The notes under the pieces are model-generated. The model made no database searches. It had not been told where the DNA came from and worked only from the letters and a program-made list of their open reading frames with translations. DNA of 64,000 bases from Bigelowiella natans CCMP2755 (lineage: Eukaryota > Protista > Cercozoa): contig ADNK01001639.1 in the NCBI GenBank assembly GCA_000320545.1, positions 1 to 64,000 of the forward strand, written 5' to 3'. The position numbers and the translations under genes are program-made. Positions 14,973-24,744 of the stretch are shown here, one piece after another (the stretch's first letter is position 1; every line of letters begins with the position of its first letter).

Positions 14973-16030
14973 GTGTTAGCTTATTGTTGTATTCGGGGTG
15001 ATTATTTTGTGCCAGATTGCTGGATACCAGTATGGCAGGTATTTTGAAGGAAAATATCGAGGAGGAACAGAAGGGGAAACTAAATCGTTCATCGCACTAT
15101 TAGCTATCAGAACTATGACAAATATTAACAAATCCATGCGGTGACTTTTGCCAGGCATTGAGAACGAGCACTGCGCTTTCCATCTCGATCCAACTCGCGA
15201 GGTCCTTCAAGACAAAACGATACACCAACGACTTCTTCTTCTTCCTCTTCTTCTTCTTCTTCTTCTACTACTACTACTACTATTTCCGCTGCTTACTTTC
15301 GACTACTGATCATAACAACAAACATTTCCTCTTGATTCAATAAGAAAAACCGTGTAGGTGTTACCTTCCTTCGTTCTACGATATACTACTTTCTGCTGCT
15401 TCATCAACTCTACCACCACCACCACCACCACCACCACCACCACCACCATCATCACCTTTTTTGTAATATTTGCCTTAGAATCTAACGAACAAGGGAACTG
15501 CCGCTATTATGGGGCGATTGATTCGTTCATCGCAGCAAGATGGAGGGGGGTTTGCCTTCCAAACGCTCGGTCGTGTATGCCGTGTCGCAGAGCAATCGTT
15601 GAAGGTAGATAGAGACAGCTTCCCGCACAGCACAGCATGATAGCAATTAAGATAGAATGAATGGTATTTGCGTACTTTTGTCGTTTCCTGCCGCGCAGAT
15701 TGGAACCTACCCCAACTTGCCGTCGCACGTGGTTCTCAACAAGTTTCGAGTCAGCATACCCGCTACTGACGCAAAGGTGCCGCTATTATCATCATCATCA
15801 TCGTCGTCATCATCATCATCGCCAACACCACTCGCAACAACCAACATGCAGCTGCAATTCAAAGTCACGCAACATCGTATCTCATGATATCGATATTTTC
15901 TTCATGTATGGATGGCAGGGCCTGACCAAGACGAGCAAGCAGGGCTATACAGATCCTTACCTCAAAGTTTTCATCGAATACTGGGTAGTAGTCGTCGTAG
16001 TAGCAGTAGAAGTAGTAGTAGCAGTATTCG

Positions 16031-16062
<32 letters not shown>

Positions 16063-16943
16063 TAAGATGGTGAAAAATAGCAGTTATGCAGGAGAAAATT
16101 GAAAACTAAAGGGAATTGCACGCGGCGCCAGCTAACATGGACAGCTGCCATCTTTTCCCCTGCCGTAGGTGAAAGCGTCGAAGCTTCCAACCACCGCTCA
16201 GATGAAGGGCCACTGGAGGAAATCGCATCATGGGCTTGTGCTGAAGCAAGGAGGACGAAGCGGTGACGTCATCGTCAAGCACGTTATCGACGGTACTACT
16301 GCTTAAATATATCACTAGTGAGCGATAGAGGGAGATAGTGATGATCATCTCGTGATTCGAAGAGGTTTTCCAATCCCCTCCCTTATTCTCTCCTCTCCTT
16401 TCTCCTAGCTCCTTCATCTCCCCCCCCCCCCCCGCCCCTGGATGAATGTCTAATGTATTGCCGCTGCTTCTACGACAACAACACTACTGCCTTCTGCCGT
16501 AATCATTGCTCGATATCATTAGACACACCTGCAAAGATAGCAGGCTTTCAAGAGGGGGATCTCGTCTTGAAGATGTTGGGCAGACACCCGACGAATGCGC
16601 TTGCGGTAGTGAGATTGTTGTGACGGGGTTGTGGTGGATTACGCCAGGCTTGAGCATGCTTGTGACTTTGAGGATGCATGCGGCTTTGAGAGAAATTAGC
16701 CTTCTGCTCTGCTGCTTTCTCGAACGCGACATGTCCAATGTAGGGGCCAATCAGACAATGTGGTTGTGAAAAAGTCAGGAAGAGAGGAAGGGAAAGAGAG
16801 ATGTGAGAACGCCTAGCTATGATCCTGTCGCAATCCTCTCCATCATCATGATTGTGTACATAAAATCAAAAACTGACATCGATAATTCATGGCCAGATGA
16901 CACAATCCCTCGACCGTATGGATCATAAAAAGCCGGTCGAATA

Positions 16944-16981
<38 letters not shown>

Positions 16982-17979
16982 ATACACACACATACACAAC
17001 AGCAGCAGCAGCAAACAGCAAAAGCAAAAGCAACTGCAAGCTGCTGCTAAATTATTATTATAATAATTATTATTATAATAATAATTATTATTATTATTAT
17101 TATAATAATTATTATTATTATTATTATTATTATTATCGACTGATGATGTCAACAGTTGCTATTTAAAGAAGTCGCTAAGTGTATACACGGGTGAGGATGA
17201 CGGTCGACGATGCACTTTTCAGGTGTCGTTTTTGGTCTACCGAGCTCCGCAGATGATCCACCTCAACATGCGCATTGGAGGCCCCATAGAGCGCAAACGC
17301 AACGTATGACGACGATGACGACGACTCACACACACGTGCAGTCATAGTATCCCAGTTGTTATTATTGTTGTTATTAATGCGTTGTGCGAATTTGAGCTAC
17401 TACTACTGCTGCTGCTACTACTACTACCCTGAAGATGGTGGTGGTATTAGTACGCACGTCGTTATTATTCTAATAAAGTGTCTTACCATGACTGCTACAC
17501 CCCTCCTCCTCCCCCTCTTCCTCCTCCTCCTCCTACTACTGCTGCTGCTGCTAGCAGTAATAATTTGTTAATGTTGCTAGTAGGATGAATATCATCGACT
17601 TTATATCTTAAATACTTCTGTTTGTAGATGCTGTGGCAATCTGCGGTCATACGAGGCGTGCCGTGTCCAAAAGTAGTGGATTTCCCTGATTCAAAGGATG
17701 TGAAGGTACCCATGAAGAAGCGCTGCTTTAACCCTCATGAGTAGCTGAAGCACCGCATTTATTATGCACATGCAGGTTCAGGTAGCAACGATGACAGGGA
17801 AGATGAAAGACCGCAACACGTTGTGTTTCGTACACCGGTGATAATGTGCCTGCATGGACGATTAAGCCAGAGAGCTGTCTGTTTCTTCGCACATGTCGTC
17901 GTGTAAAAATGGGTTCGAATATGCATCCTTCAAGACAAAAGGATCAGGTTTTTAATAATCCTTATCGGTGCTGGTGGTG

Positions 17980-18012
<33 letters not shown>

Positions 18013-18685
18013 CGTGTACATTTATCAGGTTCGGGCTCTTAGTGATTGAATGTTTTGACAAAGACCGTCTGTCGAAGGACGACAAGATTTTCCGTCATGA
18101 GGTATTTACTATCTTTCTGTTGAATGGAGTGACAGTATAGCGGATATATTCTTCTGAGGACGGTTATAGCGTAGCGTAAAGCCTCCATTCCTTCATTTGC
18201 TGTTTTAAGGAGCTCTCTCCTGTGATTCCCATCTCTTCACGACGAATTAAGGATGAGGAGGAGGCTAACACAACTGTACCTCTTAGGTCGATATGGATCA
18301 GCTATTTGACGAAGATATGGACACGGACTCTGATTGGTAACGAATATAATTGTGTTTCAATAAGAGGAGGAGGAAGAGGATGAGAACATCGAGGGCAGTG
18401 AAGGACAAATTCATGTTCACTTACTCTGATATATTTGGTCGTTTGTTGGCATGCTTTACTAATGCCTGGCGCTCACGACCAGGATAAGATGTGATGATAC
18501 CCATATCTTGATGTCTCTTTGAAATCTAGCCACCTACCATGTAAAACCTCGTGAGTTTTCATTAAACTTTGCTATGCTACGATAGGTTCATAGCAACATC
18601 ACAAAAGCCAATCGACTACAGCATTCCGAGCAATGGTCCCTTTACACATTGTCAGATTTTTTTTGCTGCGAGGAGGTTTTCATGA
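11830..18685 (+). CDS. Protein with N-terminal hydrophobic signal, TerD (tellurium-resistance/CABP1-like) domain and C2 domain
   Basis: First exon MRANSARMFSACFLVFLFFVW. TerD motifs KIVFGVGWGQ|APDK...NVDIDL|ILYVCNKYGE (13242-13829), KLPPYVHSV, and GTAAIMGRLIRSSQQDGGGFAFQTLG (~15480-15570). C2 motifs GLTKTSKQGYTDPYLKVFI (~15920-15985) and LLVIECFDKDRLSKDDKIF (~18030-18100). Last exon ...IFFAARRFS* ends at 18685. Confidence 0.65.
17048..17136. repeat. 89-bp A/T-only (ATT)n/(AAT)n compound microsatellite, intronic
   Basis: No G or C from 17048 to 17136; mixed ATT and AAT phases. Confidence 0.85.
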
Positions 18686-18849
18686 TGGAAGAAAGCCACT
18701 GCTATGATGGGAGAACGCACAGTCGTAATATCTGACGCGGTTTGAAATGGGATTGACTGAAATTGCATTTGAGCATTGCAAATGAAGACGTTACACAAAT
18801 GCAAGTACGATCTAGTGCTAGTGTGTCCAGGAGGTTTAGCGGCTTAACT

Positions 18850-19770
18850 TCAAAGACAAACACACTGAAGTTGTGCAACAACTCGATGTCATGCAATTCG
18901 AGCTAGGTAGCTAGGTGGGTTGTGATCATGTGCATGCATGGACAAATTGCGGCTGTGCTAGCTGTAGCTCGCTACCGCGCACGCTCACGGCACACACACC
19001 ACATGCAACTGGCACGTGCAGGGCCAATCCACATTGCTGACTTTTGTGCAACAAGCTAGCAAGTCGTCATCGTTGTTGGGCATGTTCTAGTCTAGTAGTG
19101 TTGCTAAATTGCCAAATTCAAATGGGTTTTGGAGGCTTTTTGTTTGTGTGCACCTTCTCCAATTGCACCTGCACTTTGTCGTTCATCTGCACTACTTTCA
19201 CGTGTACACGTTGATTTTTCGTAGCTACACGACGTGCAGCACACACGTCTAGACGTGAACCATGCTGACATGGCATGTGTGACAGACGTCGTGTTGATCT
19301 GGCCGGTGATGTTCACTGCACGCATGCTGGCATTGTCACAGCATGCACGTGCCCAAACTCCAGATGTGCGAAATGTTCGTTTGACCACAGATGTGCTACA
19401 TGTGCACACACGAATGGTCTTCAGAGGCTCTTTGAATTGCACAAAATGCGCTTTTCAACAAAATCAGAAGTGCAGATTTTTGCAAATTGCTGCATCAAGC
19501 AAGATCGTCGATGTCGAGCAAGCGAGCCGCCAGAGCCCCGTCACGACGCTACGACGCAGGCATGACACGCGCGTGGTGCACATTGATCGAGTGAGCACGT
19601 GACCACATCCTAGGCATCTGCCGAGACATCACGCGCACACACATGACATGCATTCAGCACGCGTGACTGCATGGCTGCTTGGATTCATGTGTTCACGGCT
19701 TCACGGCTCGCACTCCACAGCTGCCACACTCGTGTGAAGGCCGTTTTTTTTTTGCGACAAAAATGATGTC
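18850..19770. other. TpA-depleted intergenic island
   Basis: About 19 TA in ~920 bp by manual count; 18 are in CTA/TAG context and 8 are CTAG. Rich in CATG, TGCA and CACGTG. Confidence 0.85.
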
Positions 19771-20314
19771 GCTTATAAAAAATCCCTTCAATTTCCATCC
19801 ATGTGGGAATGCATGTCATTTTTTCAATGGAAATGAACTGGAGCATTCGTACTCGGTGTACTCTCAAAAATTGGAATAGGGCCGCAGATGCGGTATTTCC
19901 CAGTGGAAACCAACTACAAAATGAGTAAAACGAGAAAACAATGCAGGTCACAAATTTTGAAATAAAAATTATTCTGCTAAATTTCTAAAAATGTACAGGG
20001 GAAAATGCAAAATCTCTGTGTTCTAAAATTAGACATACTTTATTTTAATTTTGGGGTCATTTTATTCGAAATGTAAATACGAATCTTCCTCCAAAGGTTC
20101 GGTTGTGCCTGTCTTCCTCCTCATCTTCCCCTTTTTGATTGTGAAAGCTACGGATACTTTCCGAAACATAGACCTTAAGAAATAAATAGGTTTTGGTGAT
20201 TTTGGAACAGGTCGCGATGATATTTTCCATGGATTAATCAGTTACATGCGCACAATCGAAATCGCCAAGTGCAGCGCCCCAACCGAATAGCCATCGCTTC
20301 TTCTTTTCTCAAGG

Positions 20315-22675
20315 ATGTCTTTAACCGGAGAAGAATCGTATAATGAACTAACTTCATTTATTCACACTGGCGGGCTTTGCGATGTAGAAGGTTTGAAGAA
20401 ATTTGTGGACTCCAACCCCGGCTTGGACATCAACACTGCCCGAGATCCCGACATCGGGGACTCAGTTTCGCAGTCAATAATGTGTTTGATACGCACAGCC
20501 AAGAAAGAAAGAACAGAGCAGGATAAATCAGCGTTTGAATGCCTTAAATATCTTGTTTCAAAGGGTATGAAAGTGGAGTACAAGGCCCTCAAAAATTCAT
20601 TCAGCATGGCGTTTAACCCTGAACGTGTGGAACAAGTGTCAGGCATCATTAAAGAAATGATGGATTGTGGCGTTACCCCTAATTATTCTGACAAGAATAT
20701 ACTATATGATGCTGTGGTTCCGGAGATAGCTAAAGTTCTCATCGATGCAAAAGCCGACGTCAACGCTGTCGACGCGCGAGACAAGGAAAAATGTGGCCTT
20801 CTCGGATTTTATGCAGCCAAACCCGATATGATAAAAGTTTTAGTTGATGCTGGACTTCAACCAAAAGGCCCCGACTTGGCTCTTGTATCTTATGATGGCC
20901 AAAGTTTGCGCCATGTGTTGCAAAATCTGAGCGGCAACTTGAACCTGAATGCATCATCCTATTCTTCAAAATCCGAAAAATACAATGGTTGGACAGCGTT
21001 ACAGGCCGCTTTATCAAACTTCAGTCGATATAAAATTTATTGTGGCGGCTTGGAGGGAGCAAATGAACTCATCAGCATGCTGCTCGCAGCTAAATGTGAC
21101 CCCAATGTAGTTGGAGAGAAGAATAAAGAGCCACCACTAGCCATAGCTCTGAACTCTGCGCATCTATATCCGCCAAGAGCCCCTAATGTTGCGTTTCAAT
21201 TGCTGCTGGATGCCAAGGCAGATGCTAATGTGGAGCTTGAAGGTGATACTTTGCACAATAGAACGTCCAGATACTATGTTTGTTACTGATCGTGTGTTTT
21301 ATTTTGTCTTTTAGGTGGAGTTCCCATTTTACATCGTGCAGCTGAAAAGAGTGGTTTTCATGTGAAAATACTATTGGAACATAAAGCAGACTTGCACGCA
21401 AAGGATTCAAAGGGTAACTGATTCCCTCATATCACAATTCAACGAGCAAGAGTTACTTATAATATTTTCTCTCAGGAATTCCTGCACTTGCCTATGCAAC
21501 TAACAACACCTACAGACAACCAGTAGAGATTTTAATTTCTGCTGGCATGGATCCCAACCTGATATACGAGCGTGATGGTAAGAAGATGACAGCCTGTGAA
21601 GAAAGTGGGTATGCCGCATCCTGTGTCAAAGGACTTGGGGGATTTTCTGTGGAGGGATTAAAGGAAAAACAAAAACAGTAAGTTCTTAATTTCAATTAAT
21701 ACAATGACTGCGATTTGGGCAAAAAAAATCATTTATGTCATCAAAATGAATGTTCTTAGAGCGGAAGCAAAGATAGCTAAATACTGCAAATTTGCTGAAG
21801 TTTCAACGGAAGCATTTGAGAAAGAAGTGCGTGATTTGTTTGAGAAATTCGATGATGATAAGAATGGATTCCTTGATCGAACCGAGTTTGTCAAGCTTTG
21901 CAAATCGGTGACGAAGAGTACAAGTAGAAAAGAAGCTTCAATCGAATCCTGTGCGAATTTAATCTTTGAACAATTTGACCTCCCAAGATGGGACAAGTTG
22001 CGACACAGAGAGGCAAGATTGGCAATTGCAGGCTACTTACATATGGACTTATCTCATCACAGGAGACTTCAACACATGCTAAAAAATCCCGGTTCGTACA
22101 GCCCCCAATTCGAAAAGAAGAACGAAGCACTTGAAGCAAAGCTTGCAAGAGCCTATGCCGTTCTGGAAAAGACTAGAGCCAAGTCTTCTTCTGTGGATAA
22201 GATAAGGAAGCAGTACCAAGCTGATTTCAAAAAACTCAAAGGAGTAGATCCAGATCCGACTGAAAATGTGTCACAAGGGATGAAGGAGTGGATGAAGACT
22301 CCATACCAGGAAAGAAAGAGCATGGACGCATTCTTGATTGACTTGCGACTTGATTGCGTAAAGCTGTGGAAGGAGAACTGCCCGAAACAACTTGAGAAGT
22401 TATTAGAGATCATGGAAGTTCCCCAAAACGCAAGGGGTGAATATTTAAAAAGATTAGCTTCGCTTGATACCCATGAGAAGGTCCAAAGTGCCAAGGAGGA
22501 AATTAAGAATATGATGCCAGGGTACAAGAACGACCCGAAGGATGCAGCCCTGGCAAAGAAATTGGCCAAAGTCTGTCAGGACTATCAATTGAATTATCGG
22601 TCCGCGTTCGAATATGAAATGATGCCCGATGTTTTCGATGAAATTTGCAAGGGAAAGGAAGATGGCGAGAATTGA
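20315..22675 (+). CDS. Ankyrin-repeat protein with C-terminal EF-hand and coiled-coil region
   Basis: Long ORFs joined by short introns 21243-21314, 21414-21475 and 21678-21759. Ankyrin motifs AKVLIDAKADVNAVD, GWTALQAA, GVPILHRAA...LLEHKADLHAKDSKGIPALAYA. EF-hand LFEKFDDDKNGFLDRTEF. Confidence 0.85.
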
Positions 22676-22739
22676 GACTTTTTTTATCCATTTGAACAGT
22701 CTCAAGTGTCGAGACATTTCGAAAAAAAGAAATGGCGAG

Positions 22740-22817
22740 ATTTAAGATTTTTTAACCCCTTCAAGTAATCACATGTGTATTTAAGATTTTTTAACCCCTT
22801 CAAGTAATCACATGTGT
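22740..22817 (+). repeat. Perfect 39-bp tandem duplication (2 copies)
   Basis: ATTTAAGATTTTTTAACCCCTTCAAGTAATCACATGTGT at 22740-22778 and 22779-22817. Confidence 0.9.
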
Positions 22818-22980
22818 CAAGGTGTTTTGAGGTAGAAAAATGGCGAGACTTGGGAATGTTTGATCCTGTCAAGTGATGTTGTGCTTGCTGAATGCACACG
22901 CTACATTTAAGCATAATTATGGCTACAACGTGCAATTGTGAGCGCACTTGTGAATGTACTAATCATTGCGTGGGAGCTTG

Positions 22981-24170
22981 AAAAGTCTGACAACTTCATT
23001 CCACACAGCAGAGACATGTCTCTACATGCGTGCACATCGTTCAGTGCATGCTGCTAGCATGTGCAGCGCATGCATGCACACGTGGAGACACACTTACATG
23101 CACACTGTCTGTCATGTCTCTGCAACACTTTGTCGCAGCTTTGCACAGATCGATGAAGCCCAACATGGAGTTCAGGTTCAGGGCCTTGTGTTGACGGTGG
23201 ACCACTTGGTGTGAGTTGAAAACATGAAAGCACAAAGAGACTTCATGTCTGTTTTGTTTGCGCGAGTCACCTCTTTGGAAAGTCAGTGCCACGACTTCTC
23301 CTGAAACTGCCTTGTTTTTGGAAATGAGATTTGTCAGTTCCAGGTAGTTTCAAACTCTTGTTGTCGCAGCGCCAGACTGACACCAACTTGCTGAGGCGAG
23401 TGGTGCCTCTGCAGTTTGTGAACTCCACATTGAGTCCGTTTCTTCTTTTGAACACAAGGGAGGAGCTGTTGTGATCCCCTCTAGCTCTCTTCAGCCTTCG
23501 TGCCAGTCATCGAAAGCCAAATTGGCCATCGATTCAAAAGCTTCGGGCAAGGAAGACTCTTCAATGTCCCTGGCACATGCTGGAACATCGGACCGCAGCT
23601 TCGATGGCGGAGGCAGGAAGTGTTTTCACTGGCTAGCTGGGCCAGCTGCTTTGTTGGGCCTCCATTTGGCGACTTGGGCTTCTTCCCAGATGAAGCCACT
23701 GTCGAGTGGCGAAGGACACAGGTTCCATTGCCGTTGCAGCAGTTCCACTTCCACACGTCTCTTGAAGTGAGTGCCCGGAAAAGGAAGGTCACGTGTCGAT
23801 GAGGTCCCCGAAGTGTTTCCTCCATGCCTGAAGCAGACCTTCTCCGTCCTCAAGATCGGCATCAACTCACATAGCAAACAGACATGAGTCAGCCTTTGCG
23901 CTGAGCGAGTTGGCGCAACCAAAACCTGGCAGAGTGTGATGATGATGATGATGATGATGATGATTGAAGCATTGATGAAAATTGCGTGCGCCAGAACCAC
24001 ATGGGAGACAGGCGTGTGCATGCAACAGAGCCTCAACAACAGTCGTTGCAAGGACTTGTCAGCACCCTGTTGGTGTTGAGTCACTCAACTAGCTAACAAC
24101 CTGCATCTGAGGAAGCTGAAGATGGGTGAACTGAGTGTGTCCTCATCAAGGCGTTCTGATGACCTCCGGC
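22981..24170. other. TpA-depleted intergenic island containing the LINE fossil
   Basis: About 9 TA in ~1190 bp, against roughly 70 expected at ~50% GC. 8 of 9 are in CTA/TAG context and 4 are CTAG. Confidence 0.9.
23126..23700 (-). mobile_element. Decayed non-LTR retrotransposon (LINE ORF2) reverse-transcriptase fragment
   Basis: Collinear LINE RT motifs across frameshifts and stops: FIWEEAQVAKWRPNKAAGP (23638-23655, cf. KAPGPDG), DDWHEG..EGIT..PLCSK (cf. W.EGII.PLYKK), NCRGTTRLS (23405-23416, cf. NYRGITLLS), NYLELTNLISK-QGSFRRSRGT (23285-23314, cf. QxGFRxGRST), LGFIDLCKA-CDKV (23126-23160, cf. FIDLxKAYDxV). Confidence 0.8.
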
Positions 24171-24232
24171 GTTAGTGGAAAGAAAGGAACTTTGAAAATG
24201 GTCCTAAATGTAAGCCTTTTTTGTTGAACGAC

Positions 24233-24744
24233 AGCCTGTTTTCCACATCGTATCTAGGAATACATGCAAGGAACAGTATTGCTTTCGCGTTTCGGCGGCA
24301 GTCTTACTCGAATGCAGGCGAGTTCGGGTGGATCGACAAACAGAATTGTGCAGAAACAGAAAAAAAACAGCTTAGTCTCCCCGCGAAGCTGCTTTTTTAA
24401 GATAATGATAAAATCCGGAAACCTGCATTCTCGAGCGTTGTCCCGTTGAACGACAAAATGAAACCAATGCAATCCGTTGTTGGCACCGTTGTTAGCCTGT
24501 TTTCCACATCGTATCTAGGAATACATAGTATTGCTTTCGCGTTTCGGCGGCAGTCTTACTCGAATGCAGGCGAGTTCGGGTGGATCGACAAACAGAATTG
24601 TGCAGAAACAGAAAAAAACAGCTTAGTCTCCCCGCGAAGCTGCTTTTTTAAGATAATGATAAAATCCGGAAACCTGCATTCTCGAGCGTTGTCCCGTTGA
24701 ACGACAAAATGAAACCAATGCAATCCGTTGTTGGCACCGTTGTT
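24233..24744 (+). repeat. Near-perfect tandem duplication of a ~250-260 bp unit covering the upstream region and first codons of the next gene
   Basis: Unit 1 is 24233-24493 (261 bp) and unit 2 is 24494-24744 (251 bp). They differ by a 9-bp indel (GCAAGGAAC) and one A in a homopolymer. Confidence 0.92.

Noticed and set aside
22740-24744. Tandem repeats as CRISPR array or LTR pair
   Set aside because: Only two directly adjacent copies each, with no spacers, no internal retroelement region, no TG..CA ends and no PBS. Eukaryotic context.
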